Shown: positions 40,168 to 48,794 of the stretch, piece by piece
Numbering within the stretch: the first letter of the stretch is position 1
Layout of the letters: each line of letters starts with the position of its first letter
IMG/VR virus record: IMGVR_UViG_3300021959_000013
Length of the DNA stretch: 64,000 nt
DNA from: an uncultured virus (IMG/VR IMGVR_UViG_3300021959_000013)
Lineage: Duplodnaviria > Heunggongvirae > Uroviricota > Caudoviricetes
Strand: one strand, 5' to 3'
Notes under the pieces: generated by a model
Told to the model about the DNA's origin: nothing
Database searches by the model: none
What the model saw: the letters and a program-made list of their open reading frames with translations, nothing else
Translations under genes and position numbers: made by a program

Positions 40168-40229
40168 TGAGCTACTCTGGTACGCCAGTCAAATTTCTCA
40201 CTCAAATAAACTGATATAAGGAGAATAAT

Positions 40230-41522
40230 ATGTCAAAAATAAAAGCCGGAATCATCGGCGTTGGAAGTTGCGCAAAATCTTTAGTAGAAGGAGTGCAATA
40301 TTATAATGAAAATCCTGAAGACAAAATAGGTCTAATGTACGAAGATATCGGAGGATATTCAGTACATGACATCGAGTTTGTTATAGGATTTGATATCGAT
40401 AAAAGGAAAGTAAATAAGAAACTAGCAAGAGCTTTAAGAGCTCAGCCTAATTGCGCTATGGACCATGTCGATAAAATTACTACTACATCAAATAGTTCAT
40501 GCGTAGATAAAGATGCAATGGTCTATTCAGCTCCAGAGATGGACGGAATAGCTCCACACATGCACGATTATCCAGATGAAGTTACGTTTGTAAATGGAGC
40601 TGTACCAGCAGAATCTTTTGAAAGGTCTGTTGAATTATTACAGTATCATGATGTAGATGTATTAATTAACTATTTGCCAGTAGGTTCAGAAGAAGCTTCT
40701 AAATACTGGATTGATGTTGCTTTAGAAGCAGGAATACATTTCGTAAATTGTATACCAACATTAATCTCAACAGAAGATGCTATGGTAACTGAACAAAGAT
40801 TCATAGATGCAGGACTAACAATTGTTGGTTCAGATATGAGGTCAGCCTGGGGAGCTTCAAGAATGTCAGAAGTTCTACAAGGTGCTATGTTAGATTCAGG
40901 TCTAATGGTAACACAACATATTCAAATGAATATGGCTGCTGGTTCTACACAAGGACAAGAGCATATAAGAACAGGAAGAACAGCAAATACTGATTTTCTT
41001 AATATGGCAAAACAATATAGATTACATAACAAACATGTATCAAAAGAAAATGTTTTAAAAGGACAGAACAGTGTAAGAGGAGAATCAACTGCAGGTATGA
41101 CATTATTTGCTGGACCATCTCTTACTGTTCAACAAAAACCAGGTGGAGATTATATCTCGTCTGATAATAAAATAGCAAACTTTGATATGGTTGCTTATGG
41201 ATTTGCAGGCGCAAGATATGAAATGTCAGCTAGACTTTCAGTTCAGGACTCTCCAAACTCTGGTGGAGTTGTTGTTTCAGCAATTAGATTTTGTAAGGTA
41301 GCTTCAGAGATGGGCATTGTAGGATATTTAAGAGGACCATCAGCATGGACTCAAAAGACTCCTCCATTACAGCTTAAAACTCAAGATGCCAAATTTGAAT
41401 GTGATGCTTTAGCTAGGAGAGTATTGACAGATATAACTACTCCTCAGCTCAAAGAAAATAGACCGAAGGCAAAAAATCTGCCTCACACCTTCCAAGATGC
41501 GAAGAACGATTATGAAAATTAA
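40230..41522 (+). CDS. ino1: Myo-inositol-1-phosphate synthase (bacterial Ino1 type)
   Basis: GVGSCAKSLVEGVQYY, DVLINYLPVGSEEA, FVNCIP, TDFLNM, DNKIA, QDSPNSGG, KTPP. Confidence 0.9.
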   Translation: MSKIKAGIIGVGSCAKSLVEGVQYYNENPEDKIGLMYEDIGGYSVHDIEFVIGFDIDKRKVNKKLARALRAQPNCAMDHVDKITTTSNSSCVDKDAMVYSAPEMDGIAPHMHDYPDEVTFVNGAVPAESFERSVELLQYHDVDVLINYLPVGSEEASKYWIDVALEAGIHFVNCIPTLISTEDAMVTEQRFIDAGLTIVGSDMRSAWGASRMSEVLQGAMLDSGLMVTQHIQMNMAAGSTQGQEHIRTGRTANTDFLNMAKQYRLHNKHVSKENVLKGQNSVRGESTAGMTLFAGPSLTVQQKPGGDYISSDNKIANFDMVAYGFAGARYEMSARLSVQDSPNSGGVVVSAIRFCKVASEMGIVGYLRGPSAWTQKTPPLQLKTQDAKFECDALARRVLTDITTPQLKENRPKAKNLPHTFQDAKNDYEN

Positions 41523-41925
41523 TTCGTTTGATATCGACGGAGTAATCTATTTTGGTGAAGGCACCACAGGCGTAAGACCCGGTAAAGATGACATCATCAT
41601 TACTGGGCGGCCTTTCACTGATAGAGAAGCTACTGTAAAAATGCTAGAGTCAAGAGGTATATACAATACTCTTTATATGAATCCTTTAAAAAGAAAATTG
41701 CCTAATCCTAATGTCACACATGGAATAAAAGATAATCCATTGTATGGAAGAAAAGCATCAGGCATCTTTAAAGGTCAAATGATTAATATGTTAAAAGACT
41801 TGGGAGTAGAAATAGAAATGCATTTTGAAGATGACCCAATTCAAATTAAAGAAATCAAAAAAAGATGTCCTAATATTTCTATTGTACATTTAAAAAGAGA
41901 TAACGAGGAACGTGTCAAGTACTAA
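41512..41925 (+). CDS. HAD-superfamily phosphatase
   Basis: FDIDGV motif I, ITGR motif II, conserved K, FEDD motif IV. Confidence 0.85.
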   Translation: MKINSFDIDGVIYFGEGTTGVRPGKDDIIITGRPFTDREATVKMLESRGIYNTLYMNPLKRKLPNPNVTHGIKDNPLYGRKASGIFKGQMINMLKDLGVEIEMHFEDDPIQIKEIKKRCPNISIVHLKRDNEERVKY

Positions 41926-42976
41926 ATATAATTACGACTGGTCGAATTACGATAAAGAACTCATGAAAGAGTTCAATTGGTTTCTATATAAAGTAAACCA
42001 AAGGTCAGCAATTCAACTTGGTTATAGCGATGAACAATACGAATCAGTAAATCGTCATGGCAAAAATGATTTTGGACTTGGAGAAGACGTAGAGTATTTT
42101 CATCCAACAATTACATTAGATGACCGTATGAGATTCATAGGTCAAGAGATTGCAAGTTTAGATACGTCAATAATGAATATTGTTGGCAATACTTTTATAT
42201 CTCATTTCTATGGAGGAAGAGGAGTTCATTTTCTTGCTTCAGGAGAAGACAATGTCTTTGTTGATTTCGATAAGATAGCTGATAATGACCAAGAGTATAT
42301 TCAATTTGTTCGTAATAATTTAGATAAAGCTATTCAAAACAAGCAACCAATTTGGGGAACAACAGAGTTGCATACATCTATTCAAACATCAGCTAGAAAC
42401 TTTTGTCGTCAAAAATACAATGACAAAGATAGAAAGTTTCATGCAGTTGATGTTTGTGAATGGGTATCTTCGTTTAGAGATACTGGATTCTTAGAAAGAA
42501 TGCAACAATGTAATCATATGTCAGAAATATATACTCTCTTAAGAGAACAACCTGGCATTGGACATTACTATGGATTTCACGGAGCTGCTTCATCATCTGT
42601 ATTACCACAAATGAAGTATCATCATGACCAAAGATTTGTTTCACCTGGACCAGGAGCAGTATATACAATACAACTTATGTGGCCAGATGCTCCAAAGAAA
42701 TTATATGATGAAGCAATATACTACATGAGAGAAAATTCAGATGAAATAGGATTAACAAAGAATGTCGTATTTCATCCTAAAGCTTTTAATATAAATAAGA
42801 AGGACGGTACAAAATTGTTTCAATACGAACAAGATTCTCTTAAATACTACGGAACTGAAGTGTTGTCATGTCAGTTTGGTGTATACCTACAGATAAGAGA
42901 AGACGAACGAGCATGCGCGCGTAGACGTGTCGCACGAGTACAGAAGACGAATAATCTTACTGAATTCTTTGAATAA
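41912..42976 (+). CDS. aGPT-Pplase/amino-acid:DNA transferase-like (HhH fold) DNA hypermodification protein
   Basis: PGIGHYYGF HhH-like hairpin, PGPGA, E.LSCQFGVY resemble clade-1 aGPT-Pplase; C-terminal NLTEFFE. Confidence 0.6.
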   Translation: MSSTKYNYDWSNYDKELMKEFNWFLYKVNQRSAIQLGYSDEQYESVNRHGKNDFGLGEDVEYFHPTITLDDRMRFIGQEIASLDTSIMNIVGNTFISHFYGGRGVHFLASGEDNVFVDFDKIADNDQEYIQFVRNNLDKAIQNKQPIWGTTELHTSIQTSARNFCRQKYNDKDRKFHAVDVCEWVSSFRDTGFLERMQQCNHMSEIYTLLREQPGIGHYYGFHGAASSSVLPQMKYHHDQRFVSPGPGAVYTIQLMWPDAPKKLYDEAIYYMRENSDEIGLTKNVVFHPKAFNINKKDGTKLFQYEQDSLKYYGTEVLSCQFGVYLQIREDERACARRRVARVQKTNNLTEFFE

Positions 42977-42981
42977 AAACG

Positions 42982-43010
42982 TTTACATTTGCGCCAAAGT
43001 ATGGTATAAT
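42982..43010 (+). promoter_or_regulatory. Sigma70-type promoter
   Basis: TTTACA-N17-TATAAT, 7 nt before ATG. Confidence 0.85.
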
Positions 43011-43017
43011 ATATCTA

Positions 43018-43998
43018 ATGAAAAATATAATTAATTGTCCATTTATTCCTATAGCCAAAAGGCCAGGCTCTCATAGAGGAGCTGCAGGAGTAATGTATGG
43101 CGATATGATAAAGGAGAAATATGGAAACTGCGATGTCAACTATGGTGGAGAAATTCAAGACCACAATGATTATGATAACCTTTGGGTCTATCACGGCACT
43201 GATTGGTCTGGTGGAATTAATATGTTTGGTGGCGTATATGGTTTTCCTTATGTTAAGAACACTGTCAACTTTTCTAAGTTCAAAGGCAGAGTCTTTTCAA
43301 TTGGAATCGACTTCCCGCCGTATCACGAAATGGTTAAATCAAAACTGGAATCAGCTAAGAAAGAGGTTCAACCGGAATGGCATGAGGTAGACCTTAAAAA
43401 TCTAGAACGCATGTACAATGAAGCCGAAAGAATTGACTATCCTAATCCAACTAATAAAATAGTTATTGGTGATAGTCATTCCATTTGCATGTATCGACCA
43501 GGTTGGACAGTAAACAGTGTTCCATTCAAAACTTTAAATGGAGCTATAAATGATGGATTTGATAAATATATTCCATTTGATTACGAAGAGATAGAATGTT
43601 ACTTTGGTAATATAGATATAAGACATCACGTAATCAGATTAGGACAAAAGATAGAAGATTTAGCTGATAGGTATATTGAAGAAGCAAATAAATATAATGC
43701 AAAGATATATGAGTTGCTTCCAATAGAAGATGTCAGTAGAAGAATACCACAATCAGGATATTATAAAGGACAACCATTTTACGGTTCTTGGTCAGAAAGA
43801 AATGATGCAAGAAATAAATTTAACGATTATATAGAGAAAGAATACGGCATCAAAAGATGGACCGGTCATCTCTTTAATAAAGAAGGTAAGCTCGATTTTA
43901 AATACATGGAGAAACCACAATCAATACATTTATCCAGAGAGTTCTATCCATATTGGAATGGAATAGAAGCAGCAGGATTAGAGGAGTTTTTTGCATGA
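43018..43998 (+). CDS. Hypothetical protein with SGNH-hydrolase-like C-terminal domain
   Basis: IGDSHS, YFGNID, SIHLS; C-terminal GLEEFFA. Confidence 0.6.
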   Translation: MKNIINCPFIPIAKRPGSHRGAAGVMYGDMIKEKYGNCDVNYGGEIQDHNDYDNLWVYHGTDWSGGINMFGGVYGFPYVKNTVNFSKFKGRVFSIGIDFPPYHEMVKSKLESAKKEVQPEWHEVDLKNLERMYNEAERIDYPNPTNKIVIGDSHSICMYRPGWTVNSVPFKTLNGAINDGFDKYIPFDYEEIECYFGNIDIRHHVIRLGQKIEDLADRYIEEANKYNAKIYELLPIEDVSRRIPQSGYYKGQPFYGSWSERNDARNKFNDYIEKEYGIKRWTGHLFNKEGKLDFKYMEKPQSIHLSREFYPYWNGIEAAGLEEFFA

Positions 43999-45182
43999 GT
44001 TATGCGAGTATAGTACCACTTATAGGTGGAGAAACAATAGCAATGGAGAATGTCTTTAAAGAGAAGCCAAAGTATTTTCTTACTTTTGACGGCTTTCAAG
44101 ATAATGAATCTCACTTAAACAATTATTACAAACATGAGGTCCCATATTTGAACCTCTCAGAGGGAGCGAGTTACACAGAAAAAGTTGATGTGATTAATAC
44201 AGTGTGCCCATGTGCGGGGCTTAGTTCCCTTAGTCCCTCTGCTTCAAGCACTAATCCAATGAACGAATGGATGTATAAATCAGCTGAATATGTACTTGGT
44301 GAAGTACAACCGAAAGTCTTTTGGGGAGAGAATGCTCCAAGGCTTGCAAGTAAGATGGGAGAACCTGTAGTAAAGAGATTACGAAAGATAGCAGAGAAGA
44401 ATGGTTATACAATGAGTATCTTTAAAACAAAATCTATATTACATGGATTAAGTCAAGTAAGAGATCGCACATTTTACTTCTTTTGGAAAGGAGACGAAGT
44501 CCCACTCTTTGAGTACATATATGAACAACCTACAACAATTGCTGATGATATAAGAGCAGTCAAAAGATGTGATAATGACCCAATGAGTCAGATACTTTGC
44601 AATGACGCTATCCCATCAGAGAATCCATACTATAAATACGTACTAGAAGTATTAGAAGGTGGAATCACGCATAAAGAGTTTCAAGATAAAATTGAAAAAA
44701 CTACTAATCCTATGGATTATATAGAAGAAAGAACAACTTATAAAGAAGTTGCAAAATGGATGAGAGAACATGGATATGATAATGTCGCAAAGAAATGTGA
44801 TAGACAATACCATAAGCTCAAGTCAGGTGGTAACATAATGAGAAAAACTACTGAGATTCCTAAAGATAAAATAGGAGCCTTTGTAGGTCATATGCCAACA
44901 TGCTTAACACATCCAGACGAAGACCGATATTTAACAGTAAGAGAAGCTTTATCGCTTATGAAGTTACCATTTAACTTTATACTGTTAAATCCTAAAAGGT
45001 CGTTGAACCACATATGTCAAAATGTACCAGTGACTACAGCTGAGCATCCTGCTCGAATGGTTCAAAAATATTTAAACAATCAGCTTGAGATGGTAGACAC
45101 AAAGTTCTTAGTTCAGGATAATAAAAAAAGAACCTATAATTTTGAAAAAAACAGTTTACAACTCACTGATTTTATGGTATAA
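43995..45182 (+). CDS. DNA cytosine-5 methyltransferase-fold protein
   Basis: CPCAGLS (IV), GENAP (VI), SQVRDRTF (VIII), RYLTVRE (IX), QNVP (X); motif I altered to SIVPLIGG; GAGGAG RBS before 43995. Confidence 0.8.
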   Translation: MSYASIVPLIGGETIAMENVFKEKPKYFLTFDGFQDNESHLNNYYKHEVPYLNLSEGASYTEKVDVINTVCPCAGLSSLSPSASSTNPMNEWMYKSAEYVLGEVQPKVFWGENAPRLASKMGEPVVKRLRKIAEKNGYTMSIFKTKSILHGLSQVRDRTFYFFWKGDEVPLFEYIYEQPTTIADDIRAVKRCDNDPMSQILCNDAIPSENPYYKYVLEVLEGGITHKEFQDKIEKTTNPMDYIEERTTYKEVAKWMREHGYDNVAKKCDRQYHKLKSGGNIMRKTTEIPKDKIGAFVGHMPTCLTHPDEDRYLTVREALSLMKLPFNFILLNPKRSLNHICQNVPVTTAEHPARMVQKYLNNQLEMVDTKFLVQDNKKRTYNFEKNSLQLTDFMV

Positions 45183-45183
45183 T
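45155..45183 (+). promoter_or_regulatory. Sigma70-type promoter (bS21/uvsX) embedded in the MTase 3' end
   Basis: TTTACA-N17-TATAAT. Confidence 0.8.
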
Positions 45184-45212
45184 AGTACTATAGAATTTAA
45201 TAAAGGAGAACT

Positions 45213-45479
45213 ATGCCAAGTATAGATTTAACACCTAGGAAGAATCGTAATCCTAGAGACAAAAGACCAGCAAAAGAAATGCCTTTTGATGTTGGTCTTA
45301 GAAGATTCAAAAAAGCCTGTGATAATGCAGGTATCGTACAAGAGGTACGCAAAAGAGAGTTTTATGAAAAACCTGCAGCCAAAAGAAAAAGAAAAATGGC
45401 TGAAGCTGTTTCAAGAAGTCGTAAACAACAAAGAATGCTAGACGCATTTAATAGGCCATCAAAGGCCAGGAGAAGATAA
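45213..45479 (+). CDS. rpsU: Ribosomal protein bS21 homologue
   Basis: [10 protein letters not shown]...[20 protein letters not shown]. Confidence 0.92.
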   Translation: MPSIDLTPRKNRNPRDKRPAKEMPFDVGLRRFKKACDNAGIVQEVRKREFYEKPAAKRKRKMAEAVSRSRKQQRMLDAFNRPSKARRR

Positions 45480-45480
45480 T

Positions 45481-46533
45481 ATGTCTATAATGGATAAATT
45501 AAAAAAGAATAGTAAAATTAAAGATACATCTATTCTATCTGATTCAGTATTATTTGCTGAAAAAGATATAACTGTCACTAATGTTCCAATGGTTAACGTT
45601 GCGCTATCAGGTGATATCGATGGAGGATTAACTTCAGGACTTACAGTTCTTGCTGGCCCTTCAAAACATTTTAAAACTTCATTTGCTTTATTGATGGGTG
45701 CAGCCTATCTTAAACAACATGAAGATGCAGTAATGCTATTTTATGATTCAGAGTTTGGTTCACCCCAATCTTATTTCGAATCATTTGGCATTGATACCGA
45801 AAGAGTATTGCATACACCAGTCCAAAATGTCGAACAACTTAAGTTCGATTTGGTAGGCCAACTTGAGAATATCGAAAGAGGAGATAAAGTAATTGTTGTT
45901 ATTGATTCAATTGGAAACTTAGCCTCTAAGAAAGAGTTGGAAGATGCCCTCAACGAAAAGTCAGTCGCTGATATGTCGAGAGCTAAAGCATTAAAGGGAC
46001 TATTCAGAATGATTACTCCTTATCTAACCATGAAGAATGTTCCTTTACTTGCTGTTAATCATACCTATCAAGAAATTGGATTGTTTCCTAAAGCAGTTGT
46101 TTCAGGTGGTACAGGTATCTATTACTCATCAGACAATATATGGATTATTGGAAGACGTCAAGAGAAAAAAGGTACAGAAATACAAGGGTATCATTTTGTA
46201 ATCAATGTAGAGAAATCAAGGTTTGTAAAAGAAAAATCTAAAGTACCAATCTCAGTAACATGGGAAGGTGGAATTGCTCCATACTCAGGATTACTAGATG
46301 TTGCAATGGCTGGTGGATACGTAGTTAAACCAAATGTTGGTTGGTATGCTCAAGTCGATATGAAGACAGGAGAAATACTAGAACCTAAAGTAAGAGAAAA
46401 AGATACTCTTAAGAAAAAGTTCTGGGACCCAATCTTTGAAAATACAGACTTTAAAGAATTTGTCAAAACATATTACTCTATTGGACATAGACCAATGGTT
46501 GATATTGACCTTGATATTGATACGGAAGAGTAA
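45481..46533 (+). CDS. uvsX: RecA-like recombinase UvsX
   Basis: AGPSKHFKT, YDSEFG, DSIGNLASKKE, NHTY. Confidence 0.96.
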   Translation: MSIMDKLKKNSKIKDTSILSDSVLFAEKDITVTNVPMVNVALSGDIDGGLTSGLTVLAGPSKHFKTSFALLMGAAYLKQHEDAVMLFYDSEFGSPQSYFESFGIDTERVLHTPVQNVEQLKFDLVGQLENIERGDKVIVVIDSIGNLASKKELEDALNEKSVADMSRAKALKGLFRMITPYLTMKNVPLLAVNHTYQEIGLFPKAVVSGGTGIYYSSDNIWIIGRRQEKKGTEIQGYHFVINVEKSRFVKEKSKVPISVTWEGGIAPYSGLLDVAMAGGYVVKPNVGWYAQVDMKTGEILEPKVREKDTLKKKFWDPIFENTDFKEFVKTYYSIGHRPMVDIDLDIDTEE

Positions 46534-46868
46534 TGTATAACATAAATCAAAATGACTACTCAATTGTAGAGAATGAAACAAGCGCGTTTCAAGGTGTCAA
46601 ACTTAAGACAGGCACTTGGAAGAATGTTATAGTCATATATGGACAAGTTGGCGTCAAAGAAGATACAGCTTTAGATATGGCAACATTAAGCTTTAACTTT
46701 ACAGTACAGGACCCAGCAGATTTTAGTGTAGACGAACTTGAAAAAGATGAATCATTTAAGAATTACTTAGGCTCAGTACTACAATATATAATAACAGATA
46801 GTTTAGAACATGGAGGACATATTGGAGAACCAACTACCGACACACATACTGAATCACCTTCTACATAA
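46533..46868 (+). CDS. Hypothetical protein (gp40-like position)
   Basis: Lies between uvsX and gp41 as T4 gp40 does. Confidence 0.55.
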   Translation: MYNINQNDYSIVENETSAFQGVKLKTGTWKNVIVIYGQVGVKEDTALDMATLSFNFTVQDPADFSVDELEKDESFKNYLGSVLQYIITDSLEHGGHIGEPTTDTHTESPST

Positions 46869-48207
46869 CGAAGAGTTTTGCAGAAGAGTAGTACCTTATT
46901 TAAAGAATGAGTATTTTGAAGGTACGCACAAAACTGTGTTTGACCTTATAGTCCAATTTGTAAGCAAACATAATAAATTACCAACATCAAAAATCTTAGA
47001 GCTTGAGTTAAAGAAAATACAAGCTCCTGAAGATATATTAAATAATGCTCAAAGATTAGTCACAGAAATTATCGATAAATCTGATATCGATACTGATTAC
47101 CTAATTACTGAAGCAGAAAAGTGGTGTAAAGAAAGAGCTGTTTATAATGCTATTATGGATTCAATAGGAATCATTGATGGTAAAGATAAAGAAAGAAGTG
47201 AAGGTGCTATACCTGAAATACTATCTGAAGCTCTTGGTGTTTCGTTTGATGAACAAATTGGTCATGATTATATTGATGATAGCGAACAAAGGTTTGATTT
47301 TTATAATCGTAAAGAAGACAGAATACCGTTTGACTTAGATTACTTTAATAAAATAACAAAAGGTGGTCTGCCTAATAAGACACTTAACATTGCCTTAGCC
47401 GGAACAGGCGTAGGTAAGTCATTATTCATGTGTCATTGCGCAGCAGGAGTACTTAATCAAGGAAAGAATGTATTGTACATAACAATGGAAATGGCTGAAG
47501 AAAGAATCGCTGAAAGAATTGATGCGAATCTCATGAACCTTCCAATCGAATCTCTTGGGTCATTACCTAAAAATGTATTCGATGATAAGATTGGAAAAAT
47601 TGCAAAATCATCTGTAGGTAAACTTATAGTGAAAGAATATCCTACTGGTTCTGCACACACTGGTCATTTCAGAGCTTTACTTAATGAGCTTAAACTCAAA
47701 AAGACATTTAAGCCTGATATGATATATATTGACTATTTAAATATTTGTGCCTCAAGCCGCATGCGTGGCATGGGTGGAAGTATAAATAGTTATACTTATA
47801 TTAAAGCCATAGCCGAAGAACTTCGGGGATTGGCTGTGGAATTCAATGTTCCAATAGTATCGGCAACACAGACCACGAGGTCTGGTTTCAGTAATACTGA
47901 TGTCGGTCTTGAAGATACATCTGAATCGTTTGGTTTGCCAGCAACGGCTGATTTAATGTTTGCTCTTATTTCAACAGAGGAACTAGAAGAATTAGGTCAA
48001 TTGCTAGTAAAACAATTGAAGAATAGATATAACGACCCAACCAAGTACAAGAGATTTGTAGTTGGTGTGGACCGTTCCCGCATGAAACTATATGATGTAG
48101 AGGAATCGGCTCAATCAGACATTATGACAGAAATGGTGCCAGATAAGCCGATAAATAAGTTTGGTGAACGCGAAAGTAATGACTCGTTTGCTGACTTCAA
48201 ACTATAG
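46810..48207 (+). CDS. gp41: Replicative helicase gp41 (possible TTG start at 46822)
   Basis: AGTGVGKS, IVKEYPTG, IDYLNI, SATQTTR, SESFGLP, KQLKNRY. Confidence 0.96.
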   Translation: MEDILENQLPTHILNHLLHNEEFCRRVVPYLKNEYFEGTHKTVFDLIVQFVSKHNKLPTSKILELELKKIQAPEDILNNAQRLVTEIIDKSDIDTDYLITEAEKWCKERAVYNAIMDSIGIIDGKDKERSEGAIPEILSEALGVSFDEQIGHDYIDDSEQRFDFYNRKEDRIPFDLDYFNKITKGGLPNKTLNIALAGTGVGKSLFMCHCAAGVLNQGKNVLYITMEMAEERIAERIDANLMNLPIESLGSLPKNVFDDKIGKIAKSSVGKLIVKEYPTGSAHTGHFRALLNELKLKKTFKPDMIYIDYLNICASSRMRGMGGSINSYTYIKAIAEELRGLAVEFNVPIVSATQTTRSGFSNTDVGLEDTSESFGLPATADLMFALISTEELEELGQLLVKQLKNRYNDPTKYKRFVVGVDRSRMKLYDVEESAQSDIMTEMVPDKPINKFGERESNDSFADFKL

Positions 48208-48219
48208 ACGGAGAACTAT

Positions 48220-48402
48220 ATGAACATGTTAAATACAGCAAAAGCATGGTTAATGGCAAGATGGGCAGAACGTACATCTTGGGACGGCGGACTTATTGTC
48301 GGCTTATCATTATCATACCTATTACTAGGTGGCTTAGTTGACTTAGTAGCTTGGGTAGCCCTTGCTTACGGTGTATACACTTTTATAGCAAAAGAAGTAT
48401 AA
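48220..48402 (+). CDS. Small membrane protein
   Basis: ERTSWDG followed by hydrophobic helices; GGAG RBS. Confidence 0.7.
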   Translation: MNMLNTAKAWLMARWAERTSWDGGLIVGLSLSYLLLGGLVDLVAWVALAYGVYTFIAKEV

Positions 48403-48425
48403 CACTCCTTTAGTAATGATTATCA

Positions 48426-48456
48426 TGGGGGAGCCATCACAGCTCCCCACCTTTTC
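48426..48456 (+). terminator. Terminator-like hairpin
   Basis: GGGGAGC-N7-GCTCCCC followed by ACCTTTT. Confidence 0.65.
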
Positions 48457-48508
48457 TCTCACATCAACACTTTCTCACAATTATTTTCAAAAAAAGTGAA
48501 AATAATCG

Positions 48509-48537
48509 TTTACATTTGCTTAAAAGTATGGTATAAT
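48509..48537 (+). promoter_or_regulatory. Sigma70-type promoter
   Basis: TTTACA-N17-TATAAT with upstream GTGAAAATAA. Confidence 0.85.
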
Positions 48538-48572
48538 ATATCTATATTTAAAAATAAGATAAGGAGTTAAAT

Positions 48573-48794
48573 ATGACATCATTACAAAAAATCAAACAAG
48601 AAGTCCAAGCTATGGGCACAGGTTCAATTCTTAGAGAATTGGAAGGTGGCATGAGACCAGGACTTTGCGAATCATTCGATATGAGAGTAGCTTTCACTGA
48701 TAGAAATAAAGTGATTGACCAACTAGTAGAGAAAAGAAGTCATGAACTTCATATGAAAACTGTACTAGAACTTAAAACAGGAGTAAGAGTATGA
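48573..48794 (+). CDS. Hypothetical (putative early) protein
   Basis: AAGGAG RBS downstream of promoter. Confidence 0.7.
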   Translation: MTSLQKIKQEVQAMGTGSILRELEGGMRPGLCESFDMRVAFTDRNKVIDQLVEKRSHELHMKTVLELKTGVRV

